Source of the DNA: Eledone cirrhosa
Lineage: Eukaryota
Direction: 5' to 3'
Length of the DNA: 64,000 nt
Assembly (NCBI GenBank): GCA_964016885.1
Contig: OZ024756.1
Coordinates: 15,252,001-15,316,000, forward strand
The notes beneath the pieces were generated by a model. It did not search any database. It saw nothing but the letters and a program-made list of their open reading frames with translations, and was not told the origin of the DNA. Below are positions 1 through 14,131 of the stretch, one piece after another. A program made the translations under genes and the position numbers. The first letter of the stretch is position 1. Every line of letters begins with the position of its first letter.

Positions 1-109
1 GTGTGTGTGTGTGTGTGTGTGTATGTGTGTGTGTGTGTGTATGTGTGTGTGTGTGTGTGCAGGAGGAGGATGAAGACTTTAAATTCCAATATGAAGCTGA
101 AGAGGATAC

Positions 110-189
110 ACTAGAGTTGTGGCAGCCTCCATTGCCAATGTCCGGAGGTCATTGTTGATACACTCCTTGCTCTCTCCTTTGATGTACAG
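110..189 (-). CDS. MROH1: MROH1 exon V (last visible; probable U12-type donor)
   Basis: CCACAG|[26 protein letters not shown](V)|GTATCCTCT; 80 nt. Confidence 0.85.
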
Positions 190-313
190 CTGTGGAGGAC
201 AGAAAACATCATCAATGTCATCATCATCGTCATAATCATCATTGTCATCATCACCGTCAACGTCAATCAACGTCACAATCAACGTCACAATCAACGTCAC
301 AATCATCATCATC

Positions 314-353
<40 letters not shown>

Positions 354-1515
354 CCACAATCATCGATGTCACCATCATCATCGATATCACCATCACCATC
401 AATGTCATCAGCATCAATGTTACCAATGTCACTACCATTAATGTCATCACCATCACCACCATCATCATCATCATCATCATCAATGTCACCACCATCATCA
501 TCATCAATGTCACCATCATCATCATCATCATCAATGTCACCATCATCATCATCATCATCAATGTCACCATCATCATCATCATCATCAATATCATTAACAC
601 TTTTGTTACTGCTTTTCCAATGAAATATACTTTATCACAACCATCACAACCACCCCTACCATCCACCCTTCACCACCAGCAACCACCTCTACCATTCACC
701 ACCACCCCTACCGTTCACCCTTCACCACCACCCCCACCCCTACCATTCACCCTTCACCACCCCTACCATCACCCTTCACCACCACCACCACCACCACCCA
801 CCCTTCACCACCACCACTACCATCCACCATCACCCTTCACCACCACCACCACCATCCACCATCACCACCACCATCCACCCTTCACCACCACCACCACCAC
901 TACCATCCACCCTTCACCACCACCACTACCATCCACCCTTCACCACCACAACTACCATCCACCCTTCACCACAACTACCATCCACCCTTCACCACCACCA
1001 CCACCACTACCATCCACCCTTCACCACCACCACCACCACCACCACTACCATCCACCCTTCACCACCACCACCACAACTACCATCCACCCTTCACCACCAC
1101 CACCACTACCATCCACCCTTCACCACAACTACCATCCACCCTTCACCACCACCACCACTACCATCCACCCTTCACCACCACCACCATCCACTACCATCCA
1201 CCCTTCACCACCACCACAACTACCATCCACCCTTCACCACCACTACCATCCACCCTTCACCACCACCACCACCACCACCACTACCATCCACCACCACCAC
1301 CACCAATGTTGACCAATGTCCCTACCTGTAAATGAGCAAGAATGTCACTTCTCTGCATAAACTTATAATTAGTCTTCAGCCGTTCCATACTCAAAGATTT
1401 ACCAATTAATTCTGCTGCTTTGATTAAACTAAGTTTCACACAAATGTCCTGGAAAACAGAGAAAGATAGACTTATAGGCAGAATAACATATATACACCTT
1501 TGCATACACACACAC

Positions 1516-1573
<58 letters not shown>

Positions 1574-2067
1574 GTATAAATATATAATATAAATATATAA
1601 AATAAATATATAATATAAATATATAATATATAAATATATATATAATATATAAATATATATATAATATATATATAATATATAAATATATAATATATATATA
1701 TAATATTTAAATATATAATATATATATATATATATATTTAATATTTAAATATATAATATATAAATATATATTTAAATATATAATATATATATATATATTT
1801 AATATTTAAATATATAATATATAAATATATATTTAAATATATAATATATATATATATATTTAATATTTAAATATATAATATATAAATATATATTTAATAT
1901 TTAAATATATAAATATATAAATATATAATATATATATATATATATTTAATATTTAAATATATAAATATATAAATATATAATATATATATATATATTTAAT
2001 ATTTAAATATATAAATATATAAATATATAATATATATATATATATTTAATATTTAAATATATTATAA

Positions 2068-2099
<32 letters not shown>

Positions 2100-3605
2100 C
2101 AATATATAAATATATAATATAATATATAAATATACAATATAAATATATAATATATATATATATAAATATATAATATATATATAAATATATAATATATATA
2201 TAAATATATAATATATATATAAATATATAAATATATATATATATATATAAATATATAATATAATATATAAATATATATATATAATATATATATAATATAT
2301 ATATAATATATAAATATATATAAATATATAATATATAAATATATAAATATATAAATATATAATATATAAATATATAATATATATATATATACATGAACGG
2401 AACAGCAACATCACAACTTACAATTAAGGACAAAATGAAAACACACACACATAGAACAAACAACCAACCAGTAACATGTAAATAAACAAATAAATAAACG
2501 AATATAAACACACACAGACACCCGGATGTAACACATGCGCAAACTAAGCACACAACACACACAAAAACAAGATGGCGTAGGACAGAACAAAGGAGAGGCA
2601 CAAAAACAAAGAAAAGAATCCCCTCACTGAAGAGGTCACAGAATGTGTGACGAAAGAACTTTGACAATATATGAACAATCGTCTGGTTATGGAACCAACC
2701 CCAACCAGAAATTTATAAATTCCTAAATTTATAAATTAAATTTATAATAAATTGAAGTGAAAGCAACTGGTGTGTGTGTTTCTTATTGGCAACATAACCC
2801 TCCTAAAGTATAACAATATATATATATAAATATATAATATATAAAATATATAATATATATAATATATATAATATATATAATATATAAACGTTTGGAGTTA
2901 GAAGGCCAAAACAATGCAGGTATGGCTATAGAATATAAATACAAATGCAAAAGATATTGCTGACAATTAATCTTTTACCTTAAATTTATTTGAATATCCT
3001 TAATTTTCGAGATAATATCTCTTCTTCGGAGGGAAGCAAAGGGGTTAATCCAGTGACTTGGCAAGCTAATTAGAACACTGGATTAACCCCTTTACTTCCC
3101 TCTGAAGAAGAGATATTATATCGAAAATTAAGGATATTCAAATAAATTTAAGGTAAAAGATTAATTGTCAGCAATATCTTTTGCATTTCTATTTTTATTC
3201 TATGTCCATACCTGCATTGTTGTATACATATATGTATGTACATACTTATATTTAAGTAACAGCCATACTAAGAGTGGGAAATGAAATTTCTTTCATTTTT
3301 TCCGTTTATCGTTTTCGGTGCACCCGGCCGATTAACCCACTCGATATGCAAATTAGGCTACTCAGCCGTTAATATGCATAAGGTAAGTATATACGTTCAA
3401 CAATCTGGCAGGAAGGTATACGTTGCTGACGATAGCTAATAAGCTTGAAACTAGTACAGCGTTCCTTTGACAGTGTTGAACAAACGAGCAACGATGGTTG
3501 CTAGACACTACGGCTTAATACGGGATGTTTGTTTACAAACACACCGAGCATTATAATAAATGTTCGGTGAATCCATACGTACATATATGTATGTGTGCAT
3601 GTGTG

Positions 3606-3637
<32 letters not shown>

Positions 3638-4299
3638 ACTGTACGTTTGTATACATATATGTATGTATGTATGTACGTACGTGTACATACTTATATTTAA
3701 GTAACAGCCGTACTAAGAGTGGGAAATGAAATTTCTTTCATTTTTTCCGTTTATATATATATATATATATATGGAGGCACATGGCTTAGTGGTAGAGATA
3801 GAGAGATAGAGAGATAGAGAGATAGAGAGATAGAGAGATAGAGAGGCACATAGCTTAGTGGTTAGAGCATTGGCCTTGCAATCAAAAGGTTGTGAGTTCA
3901 ATTCTCGGACCGGGTAATGTGTTGTTTCCTTGAGCAAGATACTTTATTTCACATTGCTCCAGTTTACTCAGCTGTAGAAATGAGATGCTAGGGACTGGGT
4001 TCCCTATCATTCCACTGCAAAGTGGTCGTGGAGGTGCCACGGCAAAAAAGCACCCAGCACTCACTGTAAATGAGGTTGGTGTTAGGAAGGGCATCCAACT
4101 GTAGAAATCAAGCCAGAATCAGTTCCCGTCCCACCCTTGCAAGCAGGGAAAGGCGGACGTAAAATGAAATGATGATGATGAAAATGATGATATATATACA
4201 CTTATCTTGGAAAACGTATAAAGGTAGAGAAATAGGTAGACTAACACATACACACTTTCACATTATGTATGTATGTGTGTATATATATATAAATGTGGT

Positions 4300-4331
<32 letters not shown>

Positions 4332-6021
4332 CTGCCAACTCGTTTTCGAGTACGGCCACTACTTTATATCCATGTAGGAGAACCCCTACCGATGCGCTGA
4401 ACGAGTGACTTTTTAGTCCAGCCAGCGACTTGAAAACTCTGGTACAAACACTACACTTATTGACACATAGTGCTGGGCCCATGGTACCATGTGACGACAA
4501 GTGCAGAGAGATCTCCAGATACAAAGCATACATATATATATACATACATACATACATACATACATACATACATACATACATACATACATACATACATACA
4601 TACAGACACATATACAAACAGACCAAGGTAGACAAATAGGTAAAATGAATAACACACACACACACACGCACGCACATACATAAATACACACACACCTTCA
4701 CATATACACATAACTACATATCTTCACACATACATAAATACATACACATCTTCACAAATACACACACACATCATATATGCACATAAATACACACACACAT
4801 CATATATGCACAAATACACACACACATCATATATGCACAAATACACACACACATCATATATGCACAAATACACACACACATCATATATGCACAAATACAC
4901 ACACACATCATATATGCACATAAATACACACACACATCATATATGCACAAATACACACACACATCATATATGCACATAAATACACACACACATCATATAT
5001 GCACATAAATACACACACACATCATATATGCACATAAATACACACACACATCATATATGCACAAATACACACACACATCATATATGCACATAAATACACA
5101 CACATCATATATGCACAAATACACACACACATCATATATGCACATAAATACACACACACATCATATATGCACAAATACACACACACATCATATATGCACA
5201 TAAATACACACACACATCATATATGCACATAAATACACACACACATCATATATGCACAAATACACACACACATCATATATGCACATAAATACACACACAC
5301 ATCATATATGCACATAAATACACACACATATATGCACATAAACACACACACACATCATATATGCACATAAATACACACACACATCATATATGCACAAATA
5401 CACACACACATCATATATGCACATAAATACACACACACATCATATATGCACAAATACACACACACATCATATATGCACATAAATACACACACACATCATA
5501 TATGCACAAATACACACACACATCATATATGCACATAAATACACACACACATCATATATGCACATAAATACACACACACATCATATATGCACATAAATAC
5601 ACACACACATCATATATGCACAAATACACACACACATCATATATGCACATAAATACACACACACATCATATATGCACAAATACACACACACATCATATAT
5701 GCACATAAATACACACACACATCATATATGCACATAAATACACACACACATCATATATGCACATAAATACACACACACACACACACACACTCAACTTCCC
5801 TCATATATACACACATACACAGAAATAGAAACGAGATTGTGAGAAGAATGGTTGAGAACTTACCTTTGGGTTGGTAAAGAAGGGGTAAATAGCCTTCAAT
5901 ATAGTCACCTCCATCCTTGATATTAACAGAGTATTAGGGGCAAACATTGTTACATACCCATAGCAAAGTATCAGGGTAGCCTTCACTTTCTCTATATCTG
6001 TGTCATTTTTGTCCTGGAAAC

Positions 6022-6056
<35 letters not shown>

Positions 6057-9000
6057 AAGGGTGAGAGAGAGAGAGAAAGGGTGAGCGAGAGAGAGAAAGG
6101 GTGAGCGAGAGAGAGAAAGGGTGAGCGAGAGAGAGAAAGGGTGAGCGAGAGAAAGGGTGAGCGAGAGAGAGAAAGGGTGAGCGAGAGAAAGGATGAGCGA
6201 GAGAAAGGATGGTAGAGAGAGGGTGGTAGAGAGAGGGTGGTAGAGAGAGGGTGGTAGAGAGAGGGTGGTAGAGAGAGGGTGGTAGAGAGAGGGTGGTAGA
6301 GAGAGGGTGGTAGAGAGAGGGTGGTAGAGAGAGGGTGGTAGAGAGAGGGTGGTAGAGAGAGGGTGGTAGAGAGAGGGTGGTAGAGAGAGGGTGGTAGAGA
6401 GAGGGTGGTAGAGAGAGGGTGGTAGAGAGAGGGTGGTAGAGAAAGGGTGGTAGAGAAAGGGTGGTAGAGAAAGGGTGGTAGAGAAAGGGTGGTAGAGAAA
6501 GGGTGGTAGAGAGAGGGTGGTAGAGAAAGGGTGGTAGAGAAAGGGTGGTAGAGAAAGGGTGGTAGAGAAAGGGTGGTAGAGAGAGGGTGGTAGAGAAAGG
6601 GTGGTAGAGAGAGGGTGGTAGAGAGAGGGTGGTAGAGAGAGGGTGGTAGAGAGAGGGTGAAGGACAAGTAGAGAGAGAGAGAAACAGATGGATTGGGGGT
6701 TAGAGAGAGAGTGAGAGAAGAAAAAAGATAAAATGATTATATATATATATATAGTTATGTAATAAACAACATAAGATAATTATTTCATTTACAAGTGGTT
6801 TCTTGAAGACATAAATATGTCTTCATTCATCAGAAAAAATATTTATTTATGAAGTAGTAATATGGATTTGAAAACAGGGTATAGGATAAATGAAAGTGAG
6901 GCTGAAATAAAATAACGGGCAAAAAATTGAGGGGGAAAAAAATTAATAAATAAATATCCAAATACATAGACAAACTCACTCATATACGTAATAGAACGTA
7001 AACATATACCTATCCTACAGAAAGGTTTCATTTATATATATACCTATATATAAAGTAAATATGGTATTATAAAGATATTTTCCATTTATTAATATTTATA
7101 TATATATATATTATAAGTATTTCAAGGACACAAAATTTTGGTATGCTTTCATCAGATAAAATATAATATTTGGTGTTAAGATATTGACTTAGCGTAGACT
7201 TAATAGTATAAGCTCGCTACCGGCAGTGAGGTAAAAATTCAAAATCACAAGGATATAAGTTAACAAGGATATATTAAAACAGAAAAAGGCCATTATTATA
7301 GACACTAGATAAATTTTGAAAAATAGCAAATTTAAATTAGTCGTGTGGCGGTCGTTAAAGGGTGAAATATTACCATAGAATTATGCATGCATATATATAT
7401 ATACACACACACACACACATATACATGAGCATAGGAGAGTCATGTAAATATAGATATATAGATATTTTAACATATATTTTAAGAATGTGAACCTAATTAT
7501 ATTGGTTATATAAAAAAATATATTGTAGTGTTGTAAATTATAAGCTACTAATGTATATGGTTAATTATAATAATTATGTGAGTAAATATATAACAATGTA
7601 AACAAACTATGGGGAATAACTCTAAATTATATAAGGTTACAACTATTGCATTCAAGGTATATTTTCAATAAACATCGAATAAGATATGCTTCGATCTATT
7701 AGGTACTATAATTATTATTATTATTATTTATATTGTAAATAAACAATTTAGATAATATTTCAGAGCATCATATAAATGGTTAAGTGGTTGAAGAACATTT
7801 ATAGAGATTATGAAAGGTCTTGGAAAATTTATGCAAACAAGAATTAAACATCTTTCTTTTTGTAAATAATATTAGCAGGATTAGTAATTATATGAAAGAT
7901 TTCTTCAGTACAAAGCTGACAAATTTTTGAAATTGAAGAATTTTGGTATACTGGAGAGTTCATGATTTTATTCCAAGAGATTCAATAATTAGTGTTATTG
8001 TCTTTTAAAGACCAAATTAGTTGTGACAGTGAAGTTGAGAATTTCTTACAGCGTTTAAAAGTATGTTTGTGATTATACCAGCACTCCTTAAATTTTGATG
8101 AAGTGGCACCTATATAATTATACAGTTTATGTTTAGTTTTAAATGGTGCATTTATGGACTAAATTTCTATCTAAACAATTATTCCCTAGCGGGCAAGAGA
8201 TAATATTCCTGCAATTACATTTTCTTATATTGTTATTTGAAGATATAGTACTATTATTCAGGTATACGTTATTACTATTATTGCTAATGTTATTAATTAT
8301 ATTATTAAGGGTCGGTAGATTGGCAGTATCGGTAGAGGGTCGGACGCCATGCTTTGTAGTACAGTTACGTCCCTTTACGGACTGAGTTCAAATCCCGCCG
8401 AGGTTAACTTTGCCTTTCATCCTTACGGGGTCGATAAAATAAAGTACCAGTAATACACTGGGATAATTGCTGGCCTTGTGCCAAAAAGTAGAAACAGTTA
8501 TTAATTATATTATTATTGTTATTTGGGTTTATTTCAGTTTGGTTTATTTTTAGATTTATATTATTAATTTTTGCCATATTCTGGGCTAGATTCATAGTCG
8601 TTGAGTAAGAGAGCTTGACTGTATGTCTGTTAAAAATGCAATGGTATTTGTGGGACTTGGGAAAACATTTATCTAGAGCTCTAAAGAATTGGTGTGCAAA
8701 AGATGTCTCAATTCCTAAAGATATTGGGGGTGAATACCAAATTATTGAATGGGTTCTGGCTTTCTTATATGATTTATTATTTTGGTTAGGTGGTTAATTT
8801 TCGTTATTTTTACAATATACTTTTGCAGGTGGGTTTTTATTATTTCTATTTATGTAATTAATTTTATTAGTGTATCCAGCTCTGTGTAAAGCGTCATTAT
8901 AGTATTCAGCTTTGTTATCAAATATATTTTTTATTAGCTGAGAGTCTTGAAATTCTTTGTTGGACACTATTGACTATAGCTTTCTTAATATTTCTAGGGT

Positions 9001-12000
9001 GGTTTGAGTAGAAGCTGACATGATTTAGGTTTTCATTAATCTTATGGAATGGGTAATATAGACCTGAATTAAGGTTTAAGGTAACACCTAAGAAATTAAC
9101 TATTTTATTATTGTTTTCTATTTCTAACTTAAGGTCATAATTATTAAAGAAGTCTATAATGATTTTCTTTTTTCTGTTAAGGTCACTATTGTTATTATCC
9201 ACTATGAATAATGTATCGTCACGGTATAAACCTCCAGCAATTTCCTATGTAATGAGTTTAGAATGAAAATGCCAATGAGGTCTGAACCCTGAGCTGAGTC
9301 CGAAGAACCCATAGTAATATTCTTCGGTCTATAAGCTCTTGTCCAGAAATTGCCGTTAAACTCAATAAGGGTTTTTCTTGCTGATATGATGTTTATTTCA
9401 TCACTTGATAAATCGGTATGCTTGGATGAGTATAGTAATGCTTTGTTATATCTATATATATATATATATCATCATCATCGTTTAATATCCATCTTCCATG
9501 CTAGCATGGGTAAGACGGGTTTGTCCCATTTAGAAGCAAGTTGAGTCGGGTGACCATGTCTCACACACATACACAGGAGTAATGAGTGGCTTATGAAAGC
9601 TGTACAAACCATGTATAGAGGAGCAGTTAGCAAAGTTGGGATTAACAATGACTATACCAAGGAATTTAGCATACAGGTTGGTGCCCACCAGCGCTCTGTC
9701 CGTAGCGCTCTCCTGTTTATTATAGTATTGCAGGCTATAACAGAGGAGTTTAAGACTGGATGCCCATAGGAACTTCTGTATGCGGATAGTCTTTCACTTA
9801 TAACTGAATCTATGGTGGAACTAGAGAAGACATTCCAAACATGGAATACGGGACTAGAAAGAAGGGGTCTCAAAGTCAACCAGTCAAAGACTAAGGCCCT
9901 CATAAGTAGACGAGAAAACAGAACCCAGATCCTCTCAGGGAAATGGCCTTGTTCATTAGGTAGGATATGTGTAGGTAGAAATTCCATCCTCTGCCCCATA
10001 TGCAAACTATGGGTACACAAGAGATGTAATGGGATCTCAGGAGGTTTAGCTAAGAATGCAGGCTTCATTTGTAGCAGTTGCACCGGGACAGGAAACAAGC
10101 ACTACCAAATTCCGAGAGGGCTCGGTAGAAACAGTAGACAGCTTCTGTTACCTGGATGACCGAATTAGCAGCAGAGGTGGGTGTTCTGAAAGTACAGTAG
10201 CCAGAGTAACAATGGAATGGAGAAAATTCAGAGAGCTACTACCACTGCTGGCTTATCCTTCAGAATGAAAGCAGACTGTATGATGTGTGCATACAAACAT
10301 CAATGTTGCATGGTAGTGAGACCTGGGCGCTGTGTGTAGAACACTTGTGTAGATTGGAACAAAATGAAGCTTGTATGCTCTGATGGATGTGTAATAGTAA
10401 TATACGTGAACGGCAAAGCAAAAACAAACAGATTGGTTAAGATTGAAGTCAAAAGATCTTATACATGCCCTCATAAAACCAAGGATTCCTGAGGATTTTC
10501 GAACCATGTCGTGTTTAGTGGCTCCTTCAAGTCTGTGAAGAACAGCATCTAAATGAGATGTGGCTGCAAAACCCATAGCAACAGCACAACCCTAGAAATT
10601 AATGAAAATGAAATATATTTAAATTAATTTAACAAACATGTATATGCAGCCAATACCTAGGACTTTTATGAAGTGCTGAGGGGATAAAGTCAATATAAAG
10701 AATGGTATGGTCATGCACAAAGATGCTATAAAATACGGTGAAGGCCCTTAAATGCAGCAAAAGAAGTTTCCAATTTGAGCAGCAGCCCATGCAAACTTCT
10801 TTTTCCATCTTTAAAAGGTCGTCACCCTTTTATAAGCTATTTTATAGCAGCTCCATGTATGAACACATCATTGTTTATATTAACTTTAGTAGTTTTAGGA
10901 AAATTATAGGTAAATTGCAGCAGAGAGAGAGAGAGAGAGGGGGGGGGGCAAGTGACTCAGTGGTTAGGTGTTGGACCCACAATCAAAAGACTGAGTTGAA
11001 TTCCTATATAGTCCAACCCATGGAGGCATGGAAAAACAAACAAAAATAATGCTGGTTATATATATATATATATATGTTTAAGAAAGATTATTTAAAAAGT
11101 CCCACACAGGTAAAAATATAAGGAAAAGAAATTGAAAATGCAACTGGAGTCTTTTAAGAATATTTAATTCCTTTACCAGTTTCGCAGTTCTTATGATTTC
11201 CAAAAGTAAAATTGAGATGGAGGGTTTGTTTCAAGACAAACCACAACACAAACCCTTCCATCTCAATTTTACTTTTGAAAATCATACGAACTGAGAAACC
11301 GGTAAAGTACATAAATATTTATTCCAATTTTTTTTCCTTTTCACACACACACACACACGGGGCCTCGTGATAGAAGTCATACTGGCCATGAGATCCTGTG
11401 TTAAGCCAAGTTTCAAAACCATTCTTTGTGCCAATGAATTTAATCACTTCCTGTGGCACACCATTTTTTTTTTCTTTTTTAGTTTTGTTTTTCTTACACC
11501 AAATGGAATGGAAAAAAAAAAATGGTGGAAATATTGTTAAGATAAACTTACTTCTCTTTCTTGTTTCACAGAATGTTTCACAGTAGAGAATATGAGATCA
11601 AACTGTTTCGAAATGAACTCTTTTTTGTTGGAATTCCTCAGAATGATGCCAAGACATTTGTACAGGAAATTCTAAAATAAATAAATTTAAAAAAAAAAAA
11701 ATCAGATAATACAGCATTATTCCATGTTCCACTTGGAAAAGATGCTAAAAATGGAGAAGAGGCACAGCTCCCTTCTACTCCCAGTATATTTGTTAAAAGG
11801 TAGGTGAATATGTAGCAGTAATATAGATCCTTTGTAATTAAATGTATTTTCCTTCGGCAGAAGAAAAATGTTACGGAAGTAAATTGGCTGAAGTGTGAGC
11901 CAATCAAAACCTTCAGCGTAGTGATACAAGTAACTGGACTACTTAGACCAGAGAACGGAAGTTAAGACAGAAAAATCTGCTATCGTCAAAACGTTGATTC

Positions 12001-12959
12001 TTCGATACGCCATATCCTGTCGTATCTCACACATGGAAATACAGGCAAAATGAGTTTCACAGTGTGAAGCAAGAATAAAAGAAGTACATACTTGTAATGG
12101 AGTTTGTCTATTTAATACCTTCTGATCTAACGACTTACATTCTTCATTATAAATATAGCAAGAATGATCCAAGTGAATGGACCTACTTAGCATTTAAACC
12201 GGCCATATTTGCCCAAAATTCTCTCGCCTCTTTCTGTTTAAACCAGTTGTAACTGGTCACTCATACTCATGTTAATGTATTTCTCTGAAAATAAATATCA
12301 AAATCTCGTAGATTCGTTATTATGTAAAATAATTATCAGAGAAAGCGTTTTCTGTGAAAATACAATAGTAAACAGAGTAATGTAAATGCTAAAGGGTTAA
12401 ACATGCACCAGTTGGCAGGAGAGAATAATAATAATAATTGTTTCTACAAACTGCACTGAGCCAATCCCACTCTGAGCGACAGTAGCTATAACCCGAAAAG
12501 AAGAAAAGATCAACATCATCGGTAACTACTGAGCCGCAGGTTTTATATCGGAGTTATCCCAATTTCCTGAGTTGCCTTCTCCTAGACGAATGCACTGACA
12601 AAGGCTAAGGGTCCTTCATTCCCAGTGGTTTAACCGCGCAATTGGGTGTCCAGCCCGACTATTTCTATGTCCCCGCGCATATACATACACATGCACCCAT
12701 GTATATACACATATACATATATATGTACATGTCTATATACATATTTACACATTTTTGAATGGCCATTGACTCTTATGAGTTCTTCTGCCCTTTGTCAGGT
12801 TTTGTTTTTTGTCCTGCAGGGTGTCCAAAAATCACCCTCTTCAACAAGTAAACTTGGTGGGGTTGCCAGTTTAGTCTACGACGATGCGACAGGTTGTACT
12901 GGGTTACATGTTACCAGTAACACTCAAGAGTAACCCGACATATATATACATACATACAT

Positions 12960-12993
<34 letters not shown>

Positions 12994-13780
12994 GATCTAT
13001 TAACATGTATACATATAAAACAGGCAATTTTTCGGCAATTTCTCCCTGCTAAAGAATAGGGAAACTATGCAAGACTAATGAGACTTCACTCTCATTATGG
13101 GGGTCCTTTTCCAAGCAATGTTTTATGTCGAGACATCCTTCCTGGTTCCAACCCTTTCAGCTGCATCTTGCCAATGTACTGAGACATAGCATACCTATTC
13201 TAAACTAGATACCACAACAGTGGTGACATATAAACCAGGTGCCACATAACGGTGGTGGTATATAACAAAGTTACCTTCTCATTTGGTAGATTATTGTACA
13301 TGGATATTTGCTGACTGAAAGCTTCACCAAGACTTTCAACCCACTCTTCATTGCTGACGAGTTCTAGAGATTTGGATAACATCTGTAAAGAGATTTGGAT
13401 AACATGAAAGATAACTGAGTGGCTTTGGAAACTGTGTAGAAATCTATCACACACACAAGCAGGCTGGCAGAGTTGTTAGAATGCTTTGCTATCGTATTTA
13501 AAATCCCACTGGGGTCAACTTTGCCTTTCACCCATTCAAGGTCGATAAAAAAAAAAAGTACCAGTCAAGTACTGGGGTAGAGTCTTCCTCTATAACTCAC
13601 TTTCTCTCTCTCACTCACTCACTTCTCCTTCCCTGGAAGAAATCTGCCGTGACGGGACCATTTATATATATATATAGTCCCGTCACGGCAGAGAGAGAGA
13701 GAGCGAGAGCGAGAGCGAGAGATAGCGAGAGAGAGCGAGAGAGAGCGAGAGAGAGCGAGAGTGAGAGCGAGAGTGAGAGC

Positions 13781-13816
<36 letters not shown>

Positions 13817-14099
13817 GAGAGTGAGAGCGAGAGAGTGAGTGAGTGAGAGTGAGAGTGAGAGTGAGAGAGAGAGAGAGAGAGTGAGAGTGAGAGAGTGAGT
13901 GAAAGAGTGAGAGAAAGAGTGAGTGAGAGAAAGAGTGAGTGAGAGAAAGAGTGAGTGAGAGAAAGAGTGAGTGAGAGAAAGAGTGAGTGAGAGAAAGGAA
14001 GTGAGAGAAAGGAAGTGAGAGAAAGGAAGTGAGAGAAAGGAAGTGAGAGAAAGGAAGTGAGTTATAGAGGAAGTGAGTTATAGAGGAAGACTCTACCCC

Positions 14100-14131
<32 letters not shown>

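Larger units (their letters stand above)
6785..9450 (-). mobile_element. Decayed, 5'-truncated Penelope-like element (RT plus C-terminal GIY-YIG), interrupted by a SINE
   Basis: RT: [36 protein letters not shown]. Linker: IIWYSPP...[12 protein letters not shown]. Endonuclease: [48 protein letters not shown]. Has frameshifts and stops; hammerhead-like motifs lie downstream. Confidence 0.9.

Noticed and set aside
79-1312. Met-, Ser- and Pro/His-rich ORFs
   Set aside because: CAT/CAC repeats; only 110-189 is coding.
3843-3915. tRNA gene
   Set aside because: The A and B boxes belong to a SINE head that continues into core and tail and is multicopy.
7982-7984. In-frame TGA in the Penelope nuclease as selenocysteine
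   Set aside because: It is not at a conserved Cys position and the element has other frameshifts, so it is ordinary decay.
11939-12193. 84-aa ORF in non-repetitive intron sequence
   Set aside because: No recognisable motif, and exons Q and R join in frame without it.
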